From a virus (lineage: Duplodnaviria; Caudoviricetes): a stretch of 47,664 nt of DNA. The translations under genes were made by a program, and so were the position numbers. The notes beneath the pieces are model-generated. The model was given only the letters and a program-made list of their open reading frames with translations, ran no database searches and was not told the DNA's origin. Shown here piece after piece: positions 1-8,968 of the stretch. Numbering within the stretch: the stretch's first letter is position 1; each line of letters opens with the position of its first letter. The stretch is taken from the IMG/VR virus record IMGVR_UViG_3300040733_000024, positions 1-47,664 of that record; one strand, written 5' to 3'.

Positions 1-2
1 TG

Positions 3-554
3 GACTTACCCGGTAAAAGCGGTCTGGATATAGCGAAGTTAGTTTATGAAATGGACAAGAAAAAAGAAAAATCCCGGACATTTATCGTCTTCGCTACTGG
101 TTACGAAGAATTCGCTATTAATGCTTTCGAATACTATGCTTTTGACTATTTAGTAAAACCGTTTAACCTCGATCGCATTAAGGAGACCGTTCGCAAGATA
201 CACTCTACAATTAGCGGAGATAAAAGGGATCATAAGATAATAGCAAAGACCGACAGCGGATTGGCCCTTGTAAGTATGGACGAAATTCTTTTTGTTACCA
301 AAGAGGGAAGAAGTACATTTATTTACACAGCCGATCGGAGTATTAAGATCGTCGATACCCTAGATTCTTTCGAAAAGACCCTCCGGGGTAATGATTTTTT
401 ACGAACACATAAAAGCTATATCGTTAATATTAAAAAAATAAAAGAGGTTAAGCCTTTCGGGAGAAAGTCCTATAACCTCATTATGTCTGGTACTAACAAT
501 ATAGCTGTACTGTCAAAGGATAAGTTTAAAGAATTAGAGAGTATGTTAAATTAA
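3..554 (+). CDS. LytTR-family response regulator (REC + LytTR), 5' end cut off by the window edge
   Basis: The frame is open from position 3 (DLPGKSGLDIAK...). Receiver motifs IVFATGY and AFDYLVKPF; LytTR motif FLRTHKSYIVNIKKI. Confidence 0.85.
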   Translation, partial: DLPGKSGLDIAKLVYEMDKKKEKSRTFIVFATGYEEFAINAFEYYAFDYLVKPFNLDRIKETVRKIHSTISGDKRDHKIIAKTDSGLALVSMDEILFVTKEGRSTFIYTADRSIKIVDTLDSFEKTLRGNDFLRTHKSYIVNIKKIKEVKPFGRKSYNLIMSGTNNIAVLSKDKFKELESMLN

Positions 555-1479
555 AGCTAACGTCGTAAGTCCTCTCTACCACTCCCAGGAACTCCCCGGA
601 AGGAAGGTCGTTAACATCCTTTACTCCGGTCGGGAGTTCTATTTTTTTAAGTGGTAGGTAGCCGTTAAGCTGCTGGACAATACTGTCCGCGATCCGTTGC
701 CCTGGCTGATCGTTGTCCGTAGCGATAACCAGTTCCCGGATCGGAGCCTGGAGGATAAGCTCCCGCTGTTTTCCGGTCAGGTTAGCACCTCCCATAGCCA
801 CCGCAGCGATCCCGTTCTGCCATAAGGTCAGAGCGTCAATTTCAGCTTCAACGATATACACCCGTTCGGCCTTAACCCTGTAAAGCATATTAAGACCAAA
901 TAAATGATCCCGAATAGGTTGGCCCCCAGGATAGTACCAGAATCTTTTATCCCGGATGGACCTAAACTTTATATTAGCCAGCCTCCCGACACGATCGAAC
1001 CAGGGTAAGGTTATTGCCCTGTCCTTTTCATCGTAACCTACCGTAAAAGCCCTCTGGACCCTCTCGTCGACCCCGCGACCGTTAAGATATTTATGCCTGA
1101 AGTTATACAGGTTTAAAATATCCTTACTTAATGGAAGGGTCTCTTTTGGGGTAAGGTCATACTTCAGCTTTAGCTTTTCGGTATTCGATAACGACCGGGA
1201 ATATTCGCAGATAAGATATTCTTCGGCTTCCTGGTAAGTCTCATTTCTCAGGTACGACAACAGTCGAGCGAAATTCCCCTTCTTCCATTCCAGATCGTAC
1301 GTCCCGCTGTCGATCCAGACCCCGGTATCTAACCGGACTGCAAAGGATGGATGGTTCTCATCACGGAAAGGGGAACAGGCCAGGAACTTTTCGCCCCTGA
1401 CCTTTCCACGTTGCCAGTCGTACTTATTAAGTTCCCCGAATATGTCGACTTCTATTTCGTGGCCCCGGATATTAATCAT
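526..1479 (-). CDS. Phage DNA primase (degenerate Zn-binding N-terminus + TOPRIM)
   Basis: CSPFRDENHPSF at the N-terminus; TOPRIM motifs IVEAEIDAL, ATDNDQPG and KDVND. Confidence 0.85.
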   Translation of the reverse strand: MINIRGHEIEVDIFGELNKYDWQRGKVRGEKFLACSPFRDENHPSFAVRLDTGVWIDSGTYDLEWKKGNFARLLSYLRNETYQEAEEYLICEYSRSLSNTEKLKLKYDLTPKETLPLSKDILNLYNFRHKYLNGRGVDERVQRAFTVGYDEKDRAITLPWFDRVGRLANIKFRSIRDKRFWYYPGGQPIRDHLFGLNMLYRVKAERVYIVEAEIDALTLWQNGIAAVAMGGANLTGKQRELILQAPIRELVIATDNDQPGQRIADSIVQQLNGYLPLKKIELPTGVKDVNDLPSGEFLGVVERTYDVSFNLTYSLIL

Positions 1480-1580
1480 TATTTACCCTTCTTTTTCTTC
1501 TTCTGTTGTTTTTGTTTCGGGTCGACTACTGTCGGCTGTGGCTGGCCCTTTTTCTTTTTGTTTCCCTTTTTGTTAGCCAA
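1479..1580 (-). CDS. Small 33-aa Lys-rich peptide (not in the ORF track)
   Basis: TTG start after an AAAGGGGG RBS; MANKKGNKKKKGQPQPTVVDPKQKQQKKKKKGK; its TAA overlaps the primase ATG (TAATG). Confidence 0.55.
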   Translation of the reverse strand: MANKKGNKKKKGQPQPTVVDPKQKQQKKKKKGK

Positions 1581-1584
1581 TTAA

Positions 1585-2490
1585 TTAAGCCCCCTTTGGT
1601 TCATAGCCATTCTTCAATAATAAATCACGAATGAATACGGCTCCTTTAGGAGTTACGAAGGTAGTCGCTACCTCTCCTATTTTATCCCCCCATACATTTT
1701 CGACTGGCCTATACTTAACCCGGAAGTACCCAGCATTAACGTAGCTCTGGAGAGGGATGTTTTTAAAACTCTTCCAGTTTTTCATTAAGACCTTTTTTTC
1801 TCTCAGGAAACTAAATAGTTTTTTCGGCCCCATGTCTTCAAAATTTAATGTCTTCGCTATATCTCCGATATGAGCAGAGCCTCTGCTATTTATCAAATCG
1901 TCGAACCGTTCGGCCTTTGGAGCCATTATAGCGTTATCAGCCTTTATAGTTTCAACCTCTGCGGTAAGCATTTTGTTCTCTCTTACTTGTATTAATAGCT
2001 GTTCGAGAGCTTCCTCATAATCCTCCGGCAACTTTTCTAAAGCAGTCTTTATAACCTTCGGAGCTTCCCTCCTGGCGATTTCTTCGACGTTCAGCAGATA
2101 TGACCGGAGAGCCTTCGCGACTTCGCTATCCCGGAGAAGCATCCCGATTCGGAGAACGGCTCGACGTGGGAGTAAAAGAGCCTGTACGGGGATTTTTTCT
2201 TTAGGGACATTTTGTCCCAGAAGGACATAAAGCTCATTTCTTAGGACTTTTTTAATTCCGTCCGTATCTAGCTCGTCCCTGTTACGTTGAATACTTTTCT
2301 TTACAGCCTCCTTATCGACCTTAAAGAAATTCGCTGCCATTTCTAAAGTAACGTGTAGGTCGTCCGGTAACATAGTCAGCTTACCTACTTTTTCGAGAGC
2401 ATCTACCTGATCAGCGTAACGGTCACGGAGGGAACGGGATTCCATAAGAGCATTTTCGGAACCTTCGGACTCGATTGATACTTTTAACAT
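1585..2490 (-). CDS. Phage antirepressor (C-terminal ANT/KilAC domain)
   Basis: LPEDYEEALEQL coiled coil, then PKAERFD...GPKKLFSFLREKKVL...TTFVTPKG, typical of the ANT domain. Confidence 0.8.
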   Translation of the reverse strand: MLKVSIESEGSENALMESRSLRDRYADQVDALEKVGKLTMLPDDLHVTLEMAANFFKVDKEAVKKSIQRNRDELDTDGIKKVLRNELYVLLGQNVPKEKIPVQALLLPRRAVLRIGMLLRDSEVAKALRSYLLNVEEIARREAPKVIKTALEKLPEDYEEALEQLLIQVRENKMLTAEVETIKADNAIMAPKAERFDDLINSRGSAHIGDIAKTLNFEDMGPKKLFSFLREKKVLMKNWKSFKNIPLQSYVNAGYFRVKYRPVENVWGDKIGEVATTFVTPKGAVFIRDLLLKNGYEPKGA

Positions 2491-2534
2491 TTTGGCTTAC
2501 CTCCAATTATTTTTATTTAGGTATCTCTAAATTG

Positions 2535-2566
2535 GTAAGTAAGCCGGTTGATCTGTTTTTGTTTAA
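2535..2566 (-). promoter_or_regulatory. Phage promoter-like motif TTAAACAA-N15-CTTACTTAC, copy 1
   Basis: Same bipartite motif with the same 15-nt spacer at 6343, 30226 and 34907; lies upstream of the antirepressor gene. Confidence 0.65.
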
Positions 2567-2600
2567 TCCAGTCTAACTTTTATTTTTTGGAAGGTAACTT

Positions 2601-2978
2601 TTATTTTACGATGTAAATTCTTCTCTCTGATATAACACCCCGGACTCCACCGCGAGGGTCGGACATATCCCCGCTATACCGGGGTATAACGTGAATGTGA
2701 ACGTGGGGAACTGTCTGCCCCGCTGCTACCCCGACATTGACCCCCAGGTTATATCCGTCCGGTCGGAATTGGTAGTCCAGGAGGCTCTTACAGACCTCCA
2801 GGATCGCCTTTATCTCTTCCCTCTCGACACTTAGTAAGTCGAAGTAATTCTCTACGTGTCTTTTGGGAATAATAAGGGTATGACCCCGGCTTACCGGGAA
2901 AGTGTCCGGGGTCGCATAAGCGACTACCCCGTCGACCAGGAGTATGCGATTTTCGATTTCACAAAATGGACAGCCCAT
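2601..2978 (-). CDS. HIT-family nucleotide hydrolase
   Basis: CPFC at the N-terminus, PVSRGHTLIIPKRH, and the histidine triad AGQTVPHVHIHVIPR. Confidence 0.9.
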   Translation of the reverse strand: MGCPFCEIENRILLVDGVVAYATPDTFPVSRGHTLIIPKRHVENYFDLLSVEREEIKAILEVCKSLLDYQFRPDGYNLGVNVGVAAGQTVPHVHIHVIPRYSGDMSDPRGGVRGVISERRIYIVK

Positions 2979-2982
2979 CCAT

Positions 2983-3240
2983 TTACCTCCTATAACTTTT
3001 TGCCTCTTGGTCGACCGTGGAGTCCTTTTCGTTCTGAGCCTTAATTTTAATACGGAAGTTCCTTATACCCGTATCGGCGTAAACATTAAACATTTTCTCA
3101 TCCAGGCCCAAGATACGGGTCTCCGCTTGAAAGTAAACCTCCGAATCAATTAAATGGGTTTTTTCGTCTTTAAGGTACTGGAGAACAGTCTCCAGTATTT
3201 CGATAGCGGAGGTTTTTTCTTTAAGAATCATTATCGCCAC
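2983..3240 (-). CDS. Hypothetical protein
   Basis: GGAGG RBS; closely packed within the replication operon. Confidence 0.6.
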   Translation of the reverse strand: MAIMILKEKTSAIEILETVLQYLKDEKTHLIDSEVYFQAETRILGLDEKMFNVYADTGIRNFRIKIKAQNEKDSTVDQEAKSYRR

Positions 3241-3251
3241 GCTAGCCCTCC

Positions 3252-4511
3252 TTAAAATAACTCAGTCAGGTCTTTTTCCTTTATATACCCCTGGTTAAAA
3301 TCGACCGATAGGTCTATTACCGTCCCGACCATTGGTTCCCTGGCTTTTTCTACCGAGATTTTCCCAGAGCTTTCATCAGCGTCGAAAGTAATCGCGGTCG
3401 CTGCATCCTGGATAACCGCGATCGTCTCTGAGTAATCAGTTAACCTGGGAGGTTTCAAAACCCTAACCCCATCGTCGTCCGGTTTATTCTCCTTCTCCGC
3501 AGCCCCCGGAGTCTGATGGACGACCAGTCCAGCTACCTTATACTTACCAAATGTCTGCCTTAGCCGTCTGGAGGTCTGGGTCATGGAGTCCCGCATTTTA
3601 CCCCGGCCCCCGTGGATCATAAGGTTAAAGCCGTCGATGATAACCAGTTTAACTTCCGGGTTCATCTGAATGTCGGCCTCGACAGCCTCCAGGGTTAGCC
3701 CGTTCGGGAGGTCTTCCATAGTCTTAATAATGTAGGGAGCCGTCTCGCTGTTTAAATTAAACCCTTTAAGGAACCCCAGGTACTCCTTTTCGTTGGCCAG
3801 TCGACCCCTACGGAGTAATGTGTTATCGTAATGACCCTTTAACGTGTCCAGTCTTAATGCCTGTTGTTTTTTCGACAGTTCCGGGGAGTAATGAAGAACC
3901 CCGAATTTATTCTCCCAGGCTGTAAGCCCGATATGACTCGCGACCCAGGACTTACCCCGGTTAGTAAAAGCCATAAGAAGGATATAATCTCCTACCTCGA
4001 AACCCCCACCTAAAGCCTCTGACAACGATGGGTAAGGGGTCGGTATAAACTGCCTGGAACGGTTTTTCTGAGCGTCCTTATACCATTCCTCACGTTCGAC
4101 CCCGTTCGTCGCGTAGTCGGTCCCCAGGCTGTGAGCAGCCGAGGTTGCTTTCTCGATCCGCTCGGTCTCCGCTTTCAACCATTGGATGAACTTATCCCCC
4201 GGCAGTTCGTTAAACTTCTTAACGGCTTGATTCTGCAGGAGTTCGAAAGCCTGTCGCTTTGCGTTCGTGGCCTTTAACGTAGTACATAGATAACGGTAAG
4301 AATCTGCGACCTCCGGGATATATTCGAAGTCTTCGAACTTACCCGCGACCGTCCGGTAATCCGGTACGGACTGATTTTCCTTTGCATACTCACGTATAAA
4401 TTCATAAACGAGAGCCAGGGTCGGGAAGTCGGAAGCGTCGATGCTATACCTTTGTAATTCGTGGAATTTATCGTCGTCGAGCACCTTCGATATTAATTGA
4501 GCTTCGATCAA
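3252..4511 (-). CDS. DnaB-like replicative helicase
   Basis: Walker A AFTNRGKS, YSPELS, Walker B VIIDGFNL, IQDA motif. Confidence 0.85.
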   Translation of the reverse strand: MIEAQLISKVLDDDKFHELQRYSIDASDFPTLALVYEFIREYAKENQSVPDYRTVAGKFEDFEYIPEVADSYRYLCTTLKATNAKRQAFELLQNQAVKKFNELPGDKFIQWLKAETERIEKATSAAHSLGTDYATNGVEREEWYKDAQKNRSRQFIPTPYPSLSEALGGGFEVGDYILLMAFTNRGKSWVASHIGLTAWENKFGVLHYSPELSKKQQALRLDTLKGHYDNTLLRRGRLANEKEYLGFLKGFNLNSETAPYIIKTMEDLPNGLTLEAVEADIQMNPEVKLVIIDGFNLMIHGGRGKMRDSMTQTSRRLRQTFGKYKVAGLVVHQTPGAAEKENKPDDDGVRVLKPPRLTDYSETIAVIQDAATAITFDADESSGKISVEKAREPMVGTVIDLSVDFNQGYIKEKDLTELF

Positions 4512-5281
4512 TCCATATCCCCCCTCCGACGATAATCCCGGCCAATAAAGGATACCGTTTCCGTCATACCCTCGATCCTGCTGGCGATCCGTCCGTCCAG
4601 AATCTCGGCGATAGTAGAAAGAGGTACGTTGGATGTAAAAACTGTCGCCCTTAATTCGCTGGCCCTTTCGTCGATAACTTCGTAAAATTCCCCTTTAAAA
4701 GCCTCGGTCGCGTCCCGGACCCCGATGTCGTCCAGGATTAAAAATTCGACGTGTAATAACGTGGATTTGATTTCGTAGTATTTTCGGCTGGCCTCTTCCT
4801 GGACTGACCTCGGCCCCCTAAACTGAGCGTTATACTGGTTCTGGAATTTGGCAACGTTGACAAAAACACCAGGAGACTCGTCCACCCTACGAATATTTTT
4901 AATATGCTCCCTCATTCTAGCGACCAGGAATTCGTTCAGTAAAATAACGGCTGCTGTAGTTTTTCCGGTCCCGGTCCCTTTCGGGTTTTCCCGGTTTGGT
5001 ACGGAGTAAAGGTAAAGCCCATCCCCTCGGTTAACGAACCCTAAAATGTCCATACAGTAAGTCTTTATCATACCGTAGGCCCCGGAGTTTTCCCTCTTAA
5101 AGGGAGCGTCGGCTTGCCTTATCCGACCGTAAGCCTTCGGTATCCCGGCAGTAGCCCAGACCCCAGCATCCCCGCTGGCCCCATGAAAGTAACGATACCC
5201 GTAGCAAAGTTCCTTACAATGAGCAGGATTCCCGGCGACTTTACAGGTAGTAGACAGCATACATTTAGCCTCTAGGGTCAT
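4508..5281 (-). CDS. DnaC/IstB-like helicase loader ATPase
   Basis: GTGTGKT, LILDDIG, TVFTSN, RIASRI and GRDYR motifs. Confidence 0.85.
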   Translation of the reverse strand: MTLEAKCMLSTTCKVAGNPAHCKELCYGYRYFHGASGDAGVWATAGIPKAYGRIRQADAPFKRENSGAYGMIKTYCMDILGFVNRGDGLYLYSVPNRENPKGTGTGKTTAAVILLNEFLVARMREHIKNIRRVDESPGVFVNVAKFQNQYNAQFRGPRSVQEEASRKYYEIKSTLLHVEFLILDDIGVRDATEAFKGEFYEVIDERASELRATVFTSNVPLSTIAEILDGRIASRIEGMTETVSFIGRDYRRRGDMD

Positions 5282-6126
5282 CCGGTTAACCTCCTCCTCC
5301 TCATTCTTTCCCTCGCTTTTTCGTAGTCGGTCTCCTCTACCTCCAGGGACTTTTCAAAGTCGACTTTTTTCTTTTCCTCGACCTGGATAATAGTAATCGC
5401 CTCATTGGATAACCACGTTGTTAAGGCCCCGATCGTGGGTCGCGGGTATTTCGGCTTTGCCCAGCGGGTATCATACTCCTTAAAAACAACGTCCAGGATA
5501 GCCTTGATCTGGTCCATCGAATAATTCGCGATCAGCTTGTCCTTAACGAGCTTAACGTCCCTACCCCAGGAAGGAGCATAATTCGCAGTATAGGTCTCCC
5601 GGTATTTATGACAGAAGTAATTTATAACGTCCTTACCGTTTTTTAATTCTGTCTGGCCCGAATCTGTATCTTTATTATTGTTAATAGGGTTATTGTTAAT
5701 AGGGTTATAGTTAGTGTGAGGTTTATCTAACGTATACGTGTTAGGGTTTTCTAACATATATGTGTTAGGTTTATCTAACACTTCCACAGACTCGGTTAAC
5801 CCGTTAAAAATCGCCAGTTGAGAAATCGGCTCGACGTGGTAGACGTTACATCTTTTAGTAAACCCCCCGTCCTTACTGACCAGGGTTAAAACTGGTTTAT
5901 CGTGGAACCGAAATTCTAAAAGGGATTTTATCCTCAAGTTAGCGGTCTCCCGACATATACCCATATACTCGGCGATCTTATCCTGGGACAAGTAGACCGT
6001 CCCGTCTTCCTTCATATGGGAAGCCAGGACACAAAGGGTAGCCCAGCGATTTCCTCCTAACTCACCTATCAACCCGCTCGTTATGGCTTCCTTATACATT
6101 TGAATAAATACCTTCGAATTCAGCAT
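5278..6126 (-). CDS. Phage replication initiator (N-terminal HTH, internal origin repeats)
   Basis: SQDKIAEYMGICRETANLRIKSL HTH; internal 8-aa repeats followed by an Asn-rich tract; lies upstream of the loader and helicase genes. Confidence 0.8.
   Translation of the reverse strand: MLNSKVFIQMYKEAITSGLIGELGGNRWATLCVLASHMKEDGTVYLSQDKIAEYMGICRETANLRIKSLLEFRFHDKPVLTLVSKDGGFTKRCNVYHVEPISQLAIFNGLTESVEVLDKPNTYMLENPNTYTLDKPHTNYNPINNNPINNNKDTDSGQTELKNGKDVINYFCHKYRETYTANYAPSWGRDVKLVKDKLIANYSMDQIKAILDVVFKEYDTRWAKPKYPRPTIGALTTWLSNEAITIIQVEEKKKVDFEKSLEVEETDYEKARERMRRRRLTG
5670..5779. repeat. Putative replication origin: three palindromic iterons GTKAG-N6-CTAAC at 24-bp period plus an AT-rich tract
   Basis: Sites at 5716-5731, 5740-5755 and 5764-5779 inside the rep gene, next to TTATTGTTAATAGGG repeats; lambda-O-like arrangement. 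Confidence 0.7.
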
Positions 6127-6320
6127 CTATCACCCCCTTTGTTAGCCATTTTCACCCAGAAGTCTTCCGTGGAGATCGTACATACCGGACAGCGTTTATA
6201 ACCGCATCCGTCAGCCTTGTACTTCCTCCACTCCCCACAGTAAGGACACCAGAGATCGGCCTTTCGTTTCTGTTTCGTAAGGTCGGGTTCTTTGTGAGGA
6301 GCCGTCGAATATTTAACCAT
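6120..6320 (-). CDS. Small zinc-ribbon protein
   Basis: CPYC...CPVC; ATG at 6320 follows an AGGAGG RBS. Confidence 0.65.
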   Translation of the reverse strand: MVKYSTAPHKEPDLTKQKRKADLWCPYCGEWRKYKADGCGYKRCPVCTISTEDFWVKMANKGGDRC

Positions 6321-6342
6321 TTGTTCATTCCCCCTCCTTACG

Positions 6343-6374
6343 GTAAGTAAGCCCGTCCCGACCATCTTGTTTAA
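6343..6374 (-). promoter_or_regulatory. Phage promoter-like motif, copy 2, heading the replication operon
   Basis: TTAAACAA-N15-CTTACTTAC on the minus strand. Confidence 0.65.
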
Positions 6375-6398
6375 GGAATGGATAAAATTTTTGGGGAT

Positions 6399-6442
6399 AA
6401 AAAAAAGGCTCGCCAGTCGTTTGGACTACGACTAACGAGCCA
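6399..6442 (-). terminator. Rho-independent terminator after the CAP-domain gene
   Basis: Minus-strand hairpin TGGCTCGTTAGTCGT...ACGACTGGCGAGCC followed by a T-run. Confidence 0.7.
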
Positions 6443-6463
6443 TCCTTTTATATATGAAGTCTT

Positions 6464-7339
6464 TTATTCCATCGCGAATTCCTGAGTATAATAATTACCT
6501 ACGATACCGATTCCGATATGAGTATAATTACCCAGGATGTTAGCCTTATGTCCTGGTGAGTTCATAAAGCCCTTTTCGGCAGCGTCAGCGGTACTGTACC
6601 CTTTAGCGATGTTCTCCCCGGCAGCTTTATAAGTGACCCCGTATTTTTTCATTAAGTCCCACGGGGTAACTCCCGATGGCGAAGTATGAGCGAAATAATT
6701 ATTATCCTTCATATCCTGAGATTTTTCTCTCGCAGCCTGGACCAGTCCCATATCCACCTTTAAAACCGGGAGTCCAGCAGCAGCCCGATCCTGGTTAACA
6801 AGGTCGACCATCCTCTGCTCGGCTACCGTAAGACCGTTAGTAGGAGCAGGGGTAGGGGTCGGCGTAGGAGTCGGGGTAGGAACTGGAACCGGAACTGGGG
6901 TAGGAGTCGGGGTCGGTTTAGGAACAGGCTTCGGAACCTTTCCGGTAAAGATTATTTTTACGTTCGTATTAACGAACTTCGCTTTTAGTCTCAGGTATTG
7001 ATTATAGTCTTTAATGTAATACGTACAAGCAGCGGACTCTTTAAAAGTCTGAGTCCCGGTAACATAGGTTTTTACAGGCTCACTTGGTAAAGTCCCATTA
7101 TACTTAATGGATACGTTCAGCCTTTGGAGGTTAGGCTTTTCCTTTAACCGGAGGTACTGGTTATAATCAGAAGTGTAAAACGTATAATGAGCGGTATCTT
7201 TAAAAACCTGGGTTCCTTCGACCCGATCCGTTACCGTCCCAGCGTGAGCGGGAGCAGGATTAAACATTAGAAGGAAGGCTGTTATCAAAAGAGCCAGGAC
7301 CAGTAAGATACCGATAATTCTCTTATTCTCGTTAGTCAT
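6464..7339 (-). CDS. Secreted CAP/SCP-domain protein (YkwD-like) with a duplicated N-terminal domain and PT linker; moron
   Basis: Signal peptide ending PAHA; two DYNQYLRLK-containing repeats; (PT)n linker; CAP motifs YFAHTSPSG, AGENIA, NSPGHKANIL and YTQEF. Confidence 0.85.
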   Translation of the reverse strand: MTNENKRIIGILLVLALLITAFLLMFNPAPAHAGTVTDRVEGTQVFKDTAHYTFYTSDYNQYLRLKEKPNLQRLNVSIKYNGTLPSEPVKTYVTGTQTFKESAACTYYIKDYNQYLRLKAKFVNTNVKIIFTGKVPKPVPKPTPTPTPVPVPVPTPTPTPTPTPAPTNGLTVAEQRMVDLVNQDRAAAGLPVLKVDMGLVQAAREKSQDMKDNNYFAHTSPSGVTPWDLMKKYGVTYKAAGENIAKGYSTADAAEKGFMNSPGHKANILGNYTHIGIGIVGNYYTQEFAME

Positions 7340-7471
7340 TCTCAGTCTCCTTTAGCGATATATTTTAAAAAGTGGATATGGCTCGCTAACGTATTTCGCT
7401 AACGAGCCAGTTTACGGAGAGAGGAACTACGGTCGATCAACCCGACCCCTTAACCTTTAAAGGCTAATAAA

Positions 7472-7699
7472 CTATTCAGTTTTTGCAGCCTTGGTAAGAT
7501 CATAGAATCCGTTAGCGGTAAGACCCGCGATAATGCCCTGGAGAATTCCAGCTTCTAGGGTAGCGTGAGGAAGGTAATAAATACCTGCGATAATTCCTAT
7601 AACCATAGTAAGGATCGGGACGTACCTACCATCGAAGTAAAGTTTAAACAGTTGACCCATAGCGATCATAATAGCAACGACGACGGACATTTCCAGCAT
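7472..7699 (-). CDS. Holin
   Basis: 75 aa, 2-3 TM segments, GIIAGLTANGFYD motif; next to the endolysin. Confidence 0.75.
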   Translation of the reverse strand: MLEMSVVVAIMIAMGQLFKLYFDGRYVPILTMVIGIIAGIYYLPHATLEAGILQGIIAGLTANGFYDLTKAAKTE

Positions 7700-7761
7700 T
7701 TTCTATCTCACCTCCTTCCTTTCCCCATCCATATAGTCTGCCTATAGGGGTATCTAACAAG

Positions 7762-8544
7762 TTAATTAAGTAAAGTAAGTTTATCCAGGATTACCATAAC
7801 CCTATAGAATGTCTCATCCCCGGTCGGCTGGGTAATGATTCCCTTCTTAACGGCTTTTTGAACGGAAGGTCTCGCCCATCCCGGAACGTCCGCGAGAGGG
7901 TCCGCTTTTACAGGGATGTATATAATTTCACCTATTGAAAGGACGGAAGGTTCTAGTATTTGAGGATTAACCGCGATAATTTCGTCGACAGTTACATTAA
8001 AGTAGTCAGCGATCTTCCTCATGTAGTCGCCTTTCTGGACGACGTACTCGACAGTATTAGCGGGTTTCATCCCCTGTTGAATGGTTATGATAAACTGATC
8101 CCAGCGTGGTAATATTTGAGAAGGACAGTTCTTATCTATCCAGTTTTTATGCGGAACGACCCCTTCGATCCCGATATGTTCGTTAACCATGAGGCAGCGG
8201 ATCAGGTCGACAGCGTTAGCCTCCGCTTTCTTATAGTCACCGTCAGAGTTCATACAGATTTCCACCCCGATCGAAGTAGAGTTCCCCGGCCCGTAAGCTC
8301 CGTCGCCAGCGTGATAAGCAACCTCATTTGTTGGGATATGCTGGACGATCCGCTTATCGTCAACAGTATAATGCCAGCTTGTACTACCGGCAGCAGAACC
8401 TTTTATATAGGCAGCGTGGCCTAACGCATCGGCCCCTTTATTCGTGTTGTCCGTGTTATGGACAGTAATAAACCGGGGAACCATCGGTCGCCCCGGTCGA
8501 TTCCTGGCCCCAGCGGGAACAAAGTCTTTAATTATCTCTACCAT
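7762..8544 (-). CDS. Endolysin: N-acetylmuramoyl-L-alanine amidase (Amidase_2) + LysM + SLH-like tail
   Basis: ITVHNTDN, SWHYTVDD, YHAGDG, SIGVEIC and KNCP motifs; LysM YVVQKGD...IAVNP; DVPGWARPSVQKAVKKGII. Confidence 0.9.
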   Translation of the reverse strand: MVEIIKDFVPAGARNRPGRPMVPRFITVHNTDNTNKGADALGHAAYIKGSAAGSTSWHYTVDDKRIVQHIPTNEVAYHAGDGAYGPGNSTSIGVEICMNSDGDYKKAEANAVDLIRCLMVNEHIGIEGVVPHKNWIDKNCPSQILPRWDQFIITIQQGMKPANTVEYVVQKGDYMRKIADYFNVTVDEIIAVNPQILEPSVLSIGEIIYIPVKADPLADVPGWARPSVQKAVKKGIITQPTGDETFYRVMVILDKLTLLN

Positions 8545-8774
8545 TAAGCGATCTTCCTCCCGTCTCTCATTTCCTGTTTGATCTCTGCTACGTCGCAGGA
8601 GATTTTTTCGGTTCTACGGTCGATAGCCTCGAATTTCTCAGTAATACCGTCGATGAAGTCCATAAGTCGGTCTTCCCGTTTTTTACTCTCTCTTAACTGG
8701 TAAAAATACAGCGAAACGAATAAAACAGCCCAGAGACCCTGTTCTATGGCTGCTTTTATAATGGAGTCTTCCAT
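8544..8774 (-). CDS. BhlA/UviB-family holin-like protein
   Basis: QGLWAVLFVSLYFYQLRESKKREDRL signature. Confidence 0.8.
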   Translation of the reverse strand: MEDSIIKAAIEQGLWAVLFVSLYFYQLRESKKREDRLMDFIDGITEKFEAIDRRTEKISCDVAEIKQEMRDGRKIA

Positions 8775-8827
8775 TATGCCCCCTCCCTCTTCCGTTTAAA
8801 TAAAGAAAGGACGCTATTTTAAGCGTC

Positions 8828-8968
8828 CTATTTGTTTTTAAGCTGTCTTATTTCTTCCTGTAGTTCGTCCAGTTTTTGTAAGATGAGGTCTGTCTTATCT
8901 TGTTCTGTCTGGGCATCTTTTTTAGCCTGGTTTTCCTTTGCTTTAGCCTTAATTAAAGGTCTCGCCAT
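8828..8968 (-). CDS. Small coiled-coil protein, 46 aa (not in the ORF track)
   Basis: MARPLIKAKAKENQAKK...LDELQEEIRQLKNK; its ATG overlaps the upstream TAA. Confidence 0.55.
   Translation of the reverse strand: MARPLIKAKAKENQAKKDAQTEQDKTDLILQKLDELQEEIRQLKNK

Noticed and set aside
7340-7470. Riboswitch (e.g. c-di-GMP) in the CAP gene leader
   Set aside because: A hairpin is present, but I could not match the conserved aptamer nucleotides. An Rfam scan is needed.
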